Below, in pieces: positions 51,591-60,954 of a DNA stretch of 64,000 nt; within the stretch, counting starts at the first letter, position 1; every line of letters begins with the position of its first letter. The stretch comes from Bacteroidia bacterium (GTDB lineage: Bacteria; Bacteroidota; Bacteroidia; NS11-12g; UBA9320). Made by a program: the position numbers and the translations under genes. Location: contig CBDCFW010000005.1 in the NCBI GenBank assembly GCA_965216465.1, forward strand, positions 192,001 to 256,000. The letters are read 5' to 3'. The notes under the pieces were generated by a model. The model saw only the letters and a list, made by a program, of their open reading frames with translations, was not told the origin of the DNA and did no database searches.

Positions 51591-52173
51591 ATGTTAGATT
51601 AAATCGAGATTCAAAGTCTTTTAAAACAGGATTGGTTTTTGCCATAACATCAAATTGCTGTTTAGGCGTAAATATTTTGTACTCACTCACTTTAACAGCA
51701 TTAACTTGAGCACGTATACCACGAATTGCATAGCCTTGTTTTGCCGCTGTTTGTTTGAGCTTTTCTGCCTCGTTCTCAATCTCTTGAGCTACAGTTTTTG
51801 ATCCGACTGTAAAAACAATCTGTGCGTCGTTCACTTCTAACAATGGATCTGCAAAAAAAGCGGCCAAACTGCGTTGTTTGTTTTGTTCGGCAATTTTCAC
51901 GTACGCTTTCACCAATGACTTTGCAGAACTAACTTCAATGTCTTTTAGGTTACTTGAGGCTTCATCAACCGATGCTTTCTTTTCTGTTTCAGGTTTAGTT
52001 TGTTGACGAACTAGTGCATTCCGCAAACCTCCAATACGCACAGTTTCCATTGGCTCATCAGCCAAATCTGATGCCTTTTTTTTCTTTTGTTTGGAATCAG
52101 CCAAGACTACCTCTTCTTCCGCAAAGAGCGATTCGAAAAATCCAGTATCAACAAGCTTTTTTAGCTTAGGCTT
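51580..52173 (-). CDS. dnaX: C-terminal (tau-specific) part of DnaX, in the -1 frame relative to 52161..53249
   Basis: The frame is open from the A10 run through 51583; low-complexity linker, then FTPKQQFDVMAKTNPVLKDFESRFNL, which resembles Bacteroidota DnaX C-termini. Confidence 0.75.
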   Translation of the reverse strand, partial: KPKLKKLVDTGFFESLFAEEEVVLADSKQKKKKASDLADEPMETVRIGGLRNALVRQQTKPETEKKASVDEASSNLKDIEVSSAKSLVKAYVKIAEQNKQRSLAAFFADPLLEVNDAQIVFTVGSKTVAQEIENEAEKLKQTAAKQGYAIRGIRAQVNAVKVSEYKIFTPKQQFDVMAKTNPVLKDFESRFNLTFDE

Positions 52174-53249
52174 TTTTTTTTAGAAACGTCTATTGCGTGT
52201 TGAAGCGACGCCAATTTAATCAAGCACAATTCGATATGGAGGCGCTGATTTCTACTAGCTTTATAGCTCATGTCGGCTTCTCCCAATAGATTAATGGCGT
52301 TGATTATAAACGAAGGACTAACTCGTTGAGCCTGATTGTGATAACGCGATGCAATTTCTTTCGATTTTTCAAGCAATTGTTGGCTCGAAGCATTTTGAGC
52401 AACCAGCAAATCACGGAAGTGATTAGCCAAACCGTTTAAGAATATCTGGCCATCAAAGCCTTTCCGTTGAATCTCATCGAAGGTCACAAGAACCTCGCTC
52501 AATTTACCTTCCAAAAAGAAATCAGTAATCTTAAAATAGTAGTCGTAATCAAGAATGTTTAAATTCTCTATAACTTCATTGTATGTGATTTTTCCCTCAG
52601 AACCAAAACTCGCCATCTGGTCGAAAATGGATAAGGCATCTCGCATTGCCCCATCTGCTTTCTCGGCGATTAGGTGTAAGGCTTCATCTTCAGCATTGAT
52701 TTCTTCATCTTTTGCAATGTTCTGTAAATGACTTACAATTTCTGGAATCTGTATGCGGTCAAAATTAAATACCTGACAACGTGAAAGTATGGTCGGTAGA
52801 ATTTTGTGCTTTTCTGTCGTTGCCAGAATAAAGATTGCATACTTAGGAGGTTCTTCTAAGGTTTTCAGAAATGCATTAAATGCACTTTGAGATAACATAT
52901 GAACCTCGTCGATAATATAAACCTTGTAGTCGCCTGTTTGGGGTGGGATTCGAACTTGCTCATTCAGTGACCTTATATCTTCAACAGAGTTATGCGATGC
53001 GGCATCAAGTTCAAAAATATTGAATGAGAAATCGTAGTCTGCAGGAACGCTTCCCTTGTTTATCTCTTTAGCAAGGATACGTGCACATGTGGTTTTACCA
53101 ACACCTCTAGGACCACAAAAAAGAAAGGCTTGAGCCAATCGATCGTTCTTAATTTCATTAACAAGCGTTTGGGTAATATGCTCTTGCCCCACTACCGAAT
53201 CAAATGATTCTGGTCTATACTTTCTTGCACTTACAACAAAACTGCTCAT
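52161..53249 (-). CDS. dnaX: DNA polymerase III subunit gamma/tau, N-terminal clamp-loader part
   Basis: 362 aa; ARKYRP, GPRGVGKTT, ELDAAS, IIDEVHMLS, TILSRCQ, GAMRDA. Confidence 0.96.
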   Translation of the reverse strand: MSSFVVSARKYRPESFDSVVGQEHITQTLVNEIKNDRLAQAFLFCGPRGVGKTTCARILAKEINKGSVPADYDFSFNIFELDAASHNSVEDIRSLNEQVRIPPQTGDYKVYIIDEVHMLSQSAFNAFLKTLEEPPKYAIFILATTEKHKILPTILSRCQVFNFDRIQIPEIVSHLQNIAKDEEINAEDEALHLIAEKADGAMRDALSIFDQMASFGSEGKITYNEVIENLNILDYDYYFKITDFFLEGKLSEVLVTFDEIQRKGFDGQIFLNGLANHFRDLLVAQNASSQQLLEKSKEIASRYHNQAQRVSPSFIINAINLLGEADMSYKASRNQRLHIELCLIKLASLQHAIDVSKKKSLS

Positions 53250-53401
53250 TGAAGTGCAAAGTATAATGCTACGACTGTGATAAACAAGCGGTGTTGAAAA
53301 CTATGGATAATGAAAAATACCGCCAGAAAAAGCCCCAAATTCTCCTGCCAAAAAATGAGTAAATAAATAAGCTAAAGCCTTTTGTTTTAAAGAGAATTTG
53401 T

Positions 53402-53409
53402 TACTTTTG
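53402..53409 (+). promoter_or_regulatory. -7 promoter element (TACTTTTG) of rpsF-rpsR-rplI
   Basis: Exact TAnnTTTG followed by CA, 30 nt before the ATG. Confidence 0.7.
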
Positions 53410-53439
53410 CAGCCCTAAAATTTTTAACAACATTTAAAA

Positions 53440-53862
53440 ATGGCAAAAACAAATTACGAGTCTGTAATCATTTTAACACCCGTGCTGAGTGAGAAGATGC
53501 TACAAGATGCAGTGGATTCTTACAAGAAGCTGATTACAGAAAATGGTGGAGAGCTCATCCACGAAGAAAATTGGGGCCTTACAAAAATGGCTTACCCAAT
53601 TCAGAAAAAAACTACAGGATTCTATCAAATTTTCGAATTTGCTGCAGAACCTGATACTGACATTGTAGACAAACTAGAATTGTCTTACCGAAGAGACGAG
53701 CAAGTACTTAGATACTTGACTATCAAATTGGATAAGCACGCAGTTATCTACAACGAAAGAAGAAGAAAAGGCGAATTCAACAAGCCTAAGGAAGTTAAAG
53801 AGGCAGCAGCTCCAACTACTGAAGCTAAAGCTGAAACTAAATCAAACGAAGAGGAGGAATAA
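53440..53862 (+). CDS. rpsF: 30S ribosomal protein bS6
   Basis: 140 aa; YESVIILTP, WGLTKMAYPI, RRDEQVLRYL. Confidence 0.97.
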   Translation: MAKTNYESVIILTPVLSEKMLQDAVDSYKKLITENGGELIHEENWGLTKMAYPIQKKTTGFYQIFEFAAEPDTDIVDKLELSYRRDEQVLRYLTIKLDKHAVIYNERRRKGEFNKPKEVKEAAAPTTEAKAETKSNEEEE

Positions 53863-53865
53863 GTC

Positions 53866-54126
53866 ATGGCAAAAAGAAGTAACTACAGATTTAAGAAAGC
53901 TCCAGTTGTAAGAGCAAAGAAATATTGCAGATTTAAGAAAAGCGGTATTAAGTACATCGATTACAAAAACCCAGATTTCTTAATGGCATTTATCAATGAG
54001 CAAGGAAAACTTCTTCCGAGAAGAATTACCGGAACTTCATTAAAGTATCAAAGAAAAGTTGCTACCGCGGTTAAACGATGCAGACACATTGCACTTTTAC
54101 CATACGTTGCAGATCAATTAAAATAA
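53866..54126 (+). CDS. rpsR: 30S ribosomal protein bS18
   Basis: 86 aa; KYIDYK, GKLLPRRITG, QRKVATAVKR, LLPY. Confidence 0.97.
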   Translation: MAKRSNYRFKKAPVVRAKKYCRFKKSGIKYIDYKNPDFLMAFINEQGKLLPRRITGTSLKYQRKVATAVKRCRHIALLPYVADQLK

Positions 54127-54146
54127 ACCCATAAAATTTATACGAA

Positions 54147-54587
54147 ATGGAAATCATATTAAAAGATTACGTAAAAGGATTGGGTGAGAAAAACGACATC
54201 GTTACTGTAAAGAACGGTTACGGAAGAAACTACCTAATTCCTCAAGGATTAGCGGTAATCGCAACCAAATCTGCTAAGAAAATGGCAGAAGAAAATATTC
54301 GACAAGCTGCACACAAGCAAGAAAAAATCAAACAAGATGCTGAAGCTATGGCTGAAAAAATCAACGGTTTGAAACTTTCTATTGAGACTAAAGCAGGTTC
54401 TAACGGAAAAATCTTTGGTTCTGTTACCACAATTCAAATCGCTCAAAGTCTTAAAGACAAAGGATTTGAAATTGATAAAAGAAAAATCAGCTCGCCAGAC
54501 ATCAAAAATCTTGGTGAGTACAAAGCAACTATTGCACTACACAAAGAGGTTTCAGCTGAAATCGATTTAGAAGTAGTTCAAGGATAA
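54147..54587 (+). CDS. rplI: 50S ribosomal protein bL9
   Basis: 146 aa; VKNGYGRNYLIP, GKIFGSVT, LHKEV. Confidence 0.97.
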   Translation: MEIILKDYVKGLGEKNDIVTVKNGYGRNYLIPQGLAVIATKSAKKMAEENIRQAAHKQEKIKQDAEAMAEKINGLKLSIETKAGSNGKIFGSVTTIQIAQSLKDKGFEIDKRKISSPDIKNLGEYKATIALHKEVSAEIDLEVVQG

Positions 54588-54608
54588 GCTTAAACAAAAC
54601 CTAAACTT

Positions 54609-54644
54609 AAAAATCTCGATTCCTTTGGAGTCGGGATTTTTTTT
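54609..54644. terminator. Probable bidirectional terminator after rplI
   Basis: AAAAATCTCGATTCC/GGAGTCGGGATTTTT stem with T8. Confidence 0.85.
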
Positions 54645-55872
54645 ATTCATGTCTTAGGGCTTCAATCGGATTAACTCTCGACGCTTTGAAAGCCGGCCAG
54701 ATTCCTGCAGCAAGTCCAACTACTGTACAAACGGCCAGTGACATCAAAATCCAATCCCAAGGAATAATAAAATTACCTCCGATATAACTCGAAATAACAT
54801 TTCCAATTAGGATTCCAAACACTACTCCTCCTAAGCCTCCGATCTGACAGATAGTGATGGCCTCAATCACAAATTGTTTAAGTACTGTACTACTGCGGGC
54901 TCCAATAGCCTTTCTTGTTCCAATTTCTTTTGTTCGTTCCGTGACTGAAACTAGCATAATGTTCATTAACGCGATGGCTGCCCCCAATAATGTTATACCC
55001 GCAATTACCATCGCACCAACCAAAAAGTTGTATAAGATTTCCATCAGCGATTCTGCTATGCTGTCTGATTTTACGAAACTAAAGTTGTTTGATTCCTTTA
55101 CCCGCAGTTTTCTAACTTGCCTGAAAAGGTTTTCTGAATATGCTATGGCATCATTCATTTCCATTACATCTTCAACCACAACACCTATATTATAACTTAC
55201 ATCAGATCGGGCAAATTTAGCTCGAGCCGTAGTAACAGGAACGAGAATAATACGATCCCCCCCAAAATCAAACGCTCCTCCTTTAGGTCCGAACAAACCA
55301 ACAACTCGAAGCTTAACCCCTCCTACCTTGATAAATTCGTTTATACAGTCTTTGTTGCCAAATAATGTTTGCTTTATTTCTTGACCAATAATGGCAACGT
55401 TTAAATTTCGTTCAACATCAGAAGGTGTTATGTTTCGCCCTTCCTCCAAATCATAACCTGCCACGGCAAAATAATTTTCGTCACCTCCGATAACCTGTGT
55501 ATTGGGATTGGTTTTTTCTGACCCTCTTTTGGCAACAGCTCCGTTTAAGTTATTTGAATTCACAGAGACCAAAGCGTCTAATTCAAAACGCTCTTTAAAC
55601 TCTTGTGCTTGCTTAAAATTAATGTTATCGAAACGAACTCTTTTTGAATTACGGTTCAGGTTAAAATTGGAAGACCTATTTTGAATGTTAAACGAATTTG
55701 ACCCCATGAAGGTAAAATTCTTAACGATACTGGTTTCAATTCCATCAATAGCAGTAAGCATACCTACCAACGCACTTATACCAATTGAGATAATAAGGCA
55801 AGTGATAACGGTTCGCGTTAAATTTCCGCGAATCGAATTCAATGCAATCTTAACATTCTGGTACAGCGTCAT
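54643..55872 (-). CDS. MacB/FtsX-family ABC transporter permease
   Basis: 409 aa; MNIMLVSVTERTKEIGTRKAIGA, WPAFKASRVNPIEALRHE. Confidence 0.9.
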   Translation of the reverse strand: MTLYQNVKIALNSIRGNLTRTVITCLIISIGISALVGMLTAIDGIETSIVKNFTFMGSNSFNIQNRSSNFNLNRNSKRVRFDNINFKQAQEFKERFELDALVSVNSNNLNGAVAKRGSEKTNPNTQVIGGDENYFAVAGYDLEEGRNITPSDVERNLNVAIIGQEIKQTLFGNKDCINEFIKVGGVKLRVVGLFGPKGGAFDFGGDRIILVPVTTARAKFARSDVSYNIGVVVEDVMEMNDAIAYSENLFRQVRKLRVKESNNFSFVKSDSIAESLMEILYNFLVGAMVIAGITLLGAAIALMNIMLVSVTERTKEIGTRKAIGARSSTVLKQFVIEAITICQIGGLGGVVFGILIGNVISSYIGGNFIIPWDWILMSLAVCTVVGLAAGIWPAFKASRVNPIEALRHE

Positions 55873-55997
55873 ACAAGTTCAAAGTAAGCGTATAATAGCT
55901 TACGAATTACACCTATCTACCAACAAATGAAAAAAATCGATTTTATGGAATTATTTAATGGTTAAAATAAGTTTCCGTGTAAATTCGTTCGAAATTT

Positions 55998-56543
55998 ATG
56001 ATTCTTTACCAAGTAGATTTAGTTGAGGTGGTGGTTAACATATTGATGTTCATCATTCCTTCTGTAATTGTGTTTGCTGTTGCATACTATTTTGTTACGC
56101 GATTTTTAGAAGAACAACGAAAAGAGCGTTTATTAGAATTAAAAAAGGAGCACTCAAAACAGATCACTCCAATTAAATTGCAGGCCTATGAACGATTGGC
56201 ATTATTTCTTGACCGAATAAGCCCTGACAATTTGGTGGTTAGATTATCTAAATCAGGTCAAAGTGCTGAACAACTAAGGATTCTATTAATACGAACCATC
56301 ACTGATGAATTTAACCACAACATTTCACAACAAATTTATGTTTCTGATCAATCTTGGAATATGGTTAAAGCAGTAAAGGAACAAATTATTGGAATTGTCG
56401 AAATCAGCTACAAAGAGTGTGAAGAAAATGAGAGCGGACCTTCACTTGGTAAACGAATTTTAACGCGGTTAATGAACGAGAAACAAATTCCTACTCAAAA
56501 GGCAATTGAGTTACTGAAAAAAGAGATTGAGATTGTTTTTTAG
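55998..56543 (+). CDS. Hypothetical membrane-anchored protein
   Basis: 181 aa; single N-terminal TM, LQAYERLALFLDRISP and EFNHNISQQIYVS motifs I recall from conserved Bacteroidota hypotheticals. Confidence 0.75.
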   Translation: MILYQVDLVEVVVNILMFIIPSVIVFAVAYYFVTRFLEEQRKERLLELKKEHSKQITPIKLQAYERLALFLDRISPDNLVVRLSKSGQSAEQLRILLIRTITDEFNHNISQQIYVSDQSWNMVKAVKEQIIGIVEISYKECEENESGPSLGKRILTRLMNEKQIPTQKAIELLKKEIEIVF

Positions 56544-56616
56544 CAAGAACGACATCGGTCTAATAAACTGGTCAACTTAAGCTTAAATTAATCTTAATAA
56601 GTCTCGAAATTACGGG

Positions 56617-56753
56617 TTGTCCACATATGGGATTTTGCCCAAATTTGGATTAAAAATTATTTGAAAATAAATGTTCAAACATCAAAAAAGTGTTGATGTG
56701 TTGATTATGAGGTCAATAGCCCAAATCACGCATTATTAAAGGGCTTTGGATAA
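56617..56753. promoter_or_regulatory. DnaA-box-like sites upstream of dnaA
   Basis: TTGTCCACA (56617-56625, +) and TTATCCAAA (56745-56753, -), each one mismatch from TTATCCACA. Confidence 0.5.
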
Positions 56754-56889
56754 TAAAAAATAATTTAAAATCAAGTAATATTTAATTTTTTTAAGAACTT
56801 TTTTTGCCTCAACTTAGCGCCACGTTATCGAAAGATATCAGACCAGAAATATTATAATTGATTTAACTTTTTAATAACCAAAAACTTAT

Positions 56890-58326
56890 ATGAGCGAACA
56901 ACATGAAACTGTGTGGAACAACTGTCTTCAGACCATTAAAGACAATGTAAATCCACAAAGTTTTAAGACCTGGTTTATTCCTATTAAACCATTAAAATTA
57001 GAGGACAAAGTATTGACTATTCAAGTTCCTAGTCAATTCTTTTATGAATGGCTTGAAGAACATTATGTCGGACTTCTAAAAAAGACTTTAGAAAAAGAGT
57101 TAGGGGCAGGTTCTAAACTGGAATACAACGTAATTGTAGAAAACAGTGGAGGAACGAGTGCAAGACCTTATACGGTTAATATGCCTACCCGAAATGTCAC
57201 CCATAACAACAAAAATGAGATGGGTATGCCAATTAATCTTTCGAACAACATTCATAACCCATTTATTATTCCTGGTCTTAAAAAGTTAAATGTTGATTCA
57301 CAACTAAACTCGTCTTATACATTCGATAATTTTATCGAAGGCGAATGCAACAGACTTGCGCGCTCAGCAGGTTATGCAGTTGCAAACAAACCGGGTGGAA
57401 CAGCATTTAACCCGCTAATGATTTTTGGTGGTGTAGGTCTCGGAAAAACTCACCTTGTTCATGCCATCGGAAACAGAATAAAAGAAATTTCAAGCAACAA
57501 GTCGGTACTCTATGTATCTTCAGAACGCTTTATTAATCAATATGTAGATAGTGCAAAAAATGGTAACTACAACGACTTCTTGCACTTTTACCAAATGATC
57601 GACGTACTAATCGTTGATGACGTTCAGTTTTTTGCCAAGAAAGAGAAAACACAGGAAATATTCTTCCAGATATTCAACTACTTGCATCAAAATCAAAAGC
57701 AATTGATTCTTACAAGTGATCGTGCTCCAAAAGACTTAAAAGATGTTGACGAACGATTATTGAGTAGATTTAAATGGGGTCTTTCTGCAGATCTTCAAAA
57801 TCCAGACTTTGATACACGTGTTTCTATTTTAGAACAAAAAATGTATCAAGATGGAATCAAGTTTGCTCCAGAAGTAATTGAATATGTTGCCAATAAGGTT
57901 GACTCTAACATCCGCGAATTGGAAGGTGCTCTAATTTCACTAATTGCACAAGCTTCATTGAATAGAAAAGAAATCGACTTGGATATGACCAAGAAAATGA
58001 TGAAGAACTTTGTTAAGAATTCTTCTCGTGAGATTTCAATCGAATTTATTCAAAAGCTAGTATCGGATTATTTTGGAGTTAGCGTAGATCTTATGAAGTC
58101 GAAAACTAGAAAAAGAGAAATTGTTCAAGCTCGTCAAATTTCTATGTTCTTTGCAAAACAGCTGACTCAAGCATCGCTTAAAAATATAGGAATGTACTTT
58201 GGAGGTCGTGACCACTCAACGGTTATACACGCTTGTCAGACCGTTAATGATTTAATCGACACCGATAAGAAATTCAAATCTGATGTTGAAGAATTAACCA
58301 AACGCATCAAGATTAACACATACTAA
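56890..58326 (+). CDS. dnaA: Chromosomal replication initiator DnaA
   Basis: 478 aa; FKTWF, YTFDNF, GGVGLGKTHL, DDVQF, RLLSRF, NIRELEGAL, FGGRDHSTVIHA. Confidence 0.98.
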   Translation: MSEQHETVWNNCLQTIKDNVNPQSFKTWFIPIKPLKLEDKVLTIQVPSQFFYEWLEEHYVGLLKKTLEKELGAGSKLEYNVIVENSGGTSARPYTVNMPTRNVTHNNKNEMGMPINLSNNIHNPFIIPGLKKLNVDSQLNSSYTFDNFIEGECNRLARSAGYAVANKPGGTAFNPLMIFGGVGLGKTHLVHAIGNRIKEISSNKSVLYVSSERFINQYVDSAKNGNYNDFLHFYQMIDVLIVDDVQFFAKKEKTQEIFFQIFNYLHQNQKQLILTSDRAPKDLKDVDERLLSRFKWGLSADLQNPDFDTRVSILEQKMYQDGIKFAPEVIEYVANKVDSNIRELEGALISLIAQASLNRKEIDLDMTKKMMKNFVKNSSREISIEFIQKLVSDYFGVSVDLMKSKTRKREIVQARQISMFFAKQLTQASLKNIGMYFGGRDHSTVIHACQTVNDLIDTDKKFKSDVEELTKRIKINTY

Positions 58327-58348
58327 TTCAGTCTAAAATTCGAATATT

Positions 58349-58383
58349 AAAAAAGCCACTTGTTTGTTCAAGTGGCTTTTTTT
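58349..58383. terminator. Bidirectional terminator after dnaA
   Basis: AAAAAAGCCACTTG/CAAGTGGCTTTTTT perfect inverted repeat. Confidence 0.9.
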
Positions 58384-58399
58384 GGGTTGATTTTTAATT

Positions 58400-59026
58400 T
58401 TATTCCTCTCCTATTTGTCCGATTTCATCTTCTTGCTCCCCCATGTTTCTTTTGATTTCATCGTAGAACTCAGCCATGGTTACCTGCATAACAGGTAAAA
58501 GAAACAAGAATCCTATTCCAAGGGTTAAAAGACAAAGTAGAGAAAGTAAACCGAATATTAGAAGTAAGACAAAGTACTTTGTCTTGTTGCCTTTCATCAT
58601 TTGCTCGCTTTTTCTCAAGGCATCCATTGCATTAATATCAGGCTCATCCGCCAAAATATACATCGCTTGAGAATAAGCTAAAGACTTTATAATTCCAGGA
58701 ATAATTAGCAATAATGTCCAAAGTAGTACAAGAACCATCATCAAGAGATAAGTTCCTAAAGCGTTACCAAAATTGCTGAATCCAGAAAACAGATTTTCAA
58801 CGGCAAATTCACTATTTCGTCTAACCCTCAAGGCCCAAATGGCTACGCCAAGCATTAAAGGTCCAGATAAGATAATTGAGCCTATGCCAAAAGGAATAAG
58901 TCCAATGCCAAAAGCTACGGCCATGTATAGTAAAAAGGTAATGATTGCTTGTCCCCAATTCACAGCGACCTTGTCTTTGGCCATGCGGAGTAAATCGGTA
59001 TTTGGTGTAGTTACGAGATTGTTCAT
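58400..59026 (-). CDS. DUF975 family membrane protein
   Basis: 208 aa; LWTLLLIIPGIIKSLAYSQAMYILAD, AMDALRKSEQMMKGNK. Confidence 0.85.
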   Translation of the reverse strand: MNNLVTTPNTDLLRMAKDKVAVNWGQAIITFLLYMAVAFGIGLIPFGIGSIILSGPLMLGVAIWALRVRRNSEFAVENLFSGFSNFGNALGTYLLMMVLVLLWTLLLIIPGIIKSLAYSQAMYILADEPDINAMDALRKSEQMMKGNKTKYFVLLLIFGLLSLLCLLTLGIGFLFLLPVMQVTMAEFYDEIKRNMGEQEDEIGQIGEE

Positions 59027-59091
59027 CTTCCAAAACTATTAAAATTTCTGAAAGATTAATCCACTCTTATTCTACCAAGTAATATTATACC

Positions 59092-59099
59092 TACCTTTG
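59092..59099 (+). promoter_or_regulatory. -7 promoter element (TACCTTTG) of typA
   Basis: Exact TAnnTTTG followed by CA, 22 nt before the ATG. Confidence 0.7.
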
Positions 59100-59121
59100 C
59101 AGCCATTTTAGCCTTACTTGT

Positions 59122-60930
59122 ATGCAAGACATTAGAAATGTGGCCATAATTGCCCACGTAGACCACGGAAAAACAACACTTGTAGATCGTATTCTTCAAG
59201 CTTGCCAATTTTTTAAAGACCACGAACAACCTGGTGAATTGGTGATGGACAACAATGATCTCGAGCGAGAACGTGGTATTACCATTCTTTCTAAGAATGT
59301 TTCAGTACACTATAAAGATGTAAAAATTAACATCATCGATACACCTGGTCACAGTGACTTTGGTGGTGAGGTTGAGCGGGTTATGAATATGGCCGATGGA
59401 GTACTCCTTCTAGTTGATGCCTTTGAAGGACCAATGCCACAAACGCGATTTGTTCTGCAAAAAGCATTAGAAGCAGGATTAAAACCCGTGGTTGTTATTA
59501 ACAAAGTAGATAAAGAAAATTGTACTCCAGACGAGGTGCACGAAAAGGTATTTGACCTCATGTTTGCACTTGATGCTACAGAAGAGCAATTGGATTTTGA
59601 AACGCTCTATGGCTCCGCTAAAAACAACTGGATGAGTACCGATTGGCAACAACCAACCGACAATATGTTCCCTGTTTTAGATGCAATTGTTGAGCACGTT
59701 CCCCCTCCTATTCAAGAACAAGGAACTCCTCAAATGATGATAACTTCTTTAGATTTCAGCAAGTATACTGGCCGTATCGCGATCGGTAAGCTAAAGCGTG
59801 GTGAATTGGTTCCTAATCAAGCAGTATCTTTGGTTAAACGTGATGGAAGTGTTGTTAAATCGAAAATCAAGGAGGTCTTCTTATACGATGGTCTTGCTAA
59901 AATTAAAGTTGATCGAGTTGAAGCCGGAGATATTTGTGCAGTTACAGGTTTGGAAGGGTTTGAAATTGGAGACACCATTTCTGATATTGAAAACCCTGAA
60001 GGCCTACCAACAATTGCAATTGACGAACCTACAATTAGCATGCTTTTCACCATTAACGATAGTCCATTCTTTGGGAAAGAAGGAAAGTTTGTGACCAGTC
60101 GCCATATTAAAGAGCGTTTAGAAAAAGAACTTGAAAGAAATCTCGCGATGCGCTTAGAAGAAACAAGCTCAGCTGATTCATTTTTGGTTTACGGAAGAGG
60201 AGTTCTACACCTTTCAGTTCTAATCGAAACTATGCGAAGAGAAGGATACGAATTGCAAATTGGCCAACCTCGTGTAATTATAAAGGAAGTTGACGGTGTT
60301 AAATGTGAGCCAGTAGAAGAATTGACCATCGATGTTCCTGAACACCATAGTGGAAAAGTGATTGAATTTGTTACCCAACGAAAAGGAAACATGCTCACCA
60401 TGGAACCAAAAGGAGATGGCATGCATTTAGAGTTCGAAATCCCATCAAGAGGTATTATCGGTTTGAGAAACCATCTACTAACGAGTACTCAAGGTGAGGC
60501 AATCATTTCGCATCGCTTTAAAGAATTTCAACCCCATAAAGGTGAAATTCCACAGCGAATTAATGGCTCACTCATAAGCATGGAGAACGGAACTGCAATA
60601 CCTTATAGCTTAAACAACCTGCAAGAAAGAGGTAAATTCTTTGTGAATCCAGGCCAAGACATTTATGAAGGGCAAGTGGTAGGTGAACACAGTCGTCCTG
60701 GTGATGTTGTAGTAAACTTAACCAAAGGAAAGAAGCTCAGTAACGTTCGTGCAGCTGGAACCGATGATAAAGTTAAACTTGCTCCAGCAGTAATCTTCAC
60801 TTTAGAAGAAGCTTTAGAATACATTCAAGCTGACGAGTATGTGGAAGTGACTCCTGAAACTATTCGTTTGCGTAAGATATTCCTGAAAGACTACGAAAGA
60901 AAGCGTGCTAAAAACGCAGCATTAAATTAG
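59122..60930 (+). CDS. typA: Translational GTPase TypA/BipA
   Basis: 602 aa; AHVDHGKTT, ERERGITI, DTPGHSDFGGEVER, NKVD, GRGVLHL, YVEVTP. Confidence 0.97.
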   Translation: MQDIRNVAIIAHVDHGKTTLVDRILQACQFFKDHEQPGELVMDNNDLERERGITILSKNVSVHYKDVKINIIDTPGHSDFGGEVERVMNMADGVLLLVDAFEGPMPQTRFVLQKALEAGLKPVVVINKVDKENCTPDEVHEKVFDLMFALDATEEQLDFETLYGSAKNNWMSTDWQQPTDNMFPVLDAIVEHVPPPIQEQGTPQMMITSLDFSKYTGRIAIGKLKRGELVPNQAVSLVKRDGSVVKSKIKEVFLYDGLAKIKVDRVEAGDICAVTGLEGFEIGDTISDIENPEGLPTIAIDEPTISMLFTINDSPFFGKEGKFVTSRHIKERLEKELERNLAMRLEETSSADSFLVYGRGVLHLSVLIETMRREGYELQIGQPRVIIKEVDGVKCEPVEELTIDVPEHHSGKVIEFVTQRKGNMLTMEPKGDGMHLEFEIPSRGIIGLRNHLLTSTQGEAIISHRFKEFQPHKGEIPQRINGSLISMENGTAIPYSLNNLQERGKFFVNPGQDIYEGQVVGEHSRPGDVVVNLTKGKKLSNVRAAGTDDKVKLAPAVIFTLEEALEYIQADEYVEVTPETIRLRKIFLKDYERKRAKNAALN

Positions 60931-60954
60931 TATTAAGCGATTTAATAAATTTGC

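Noticed and set aside
51580-52104. 174-aa ORF treated as an independent hypothetical gene
   Set aside because: It has only a TTG start, its frame stays open back to the dnaX A10 run, and it resembles a DnaX C-terminus. It is better explained as the recoded part of dnaX.
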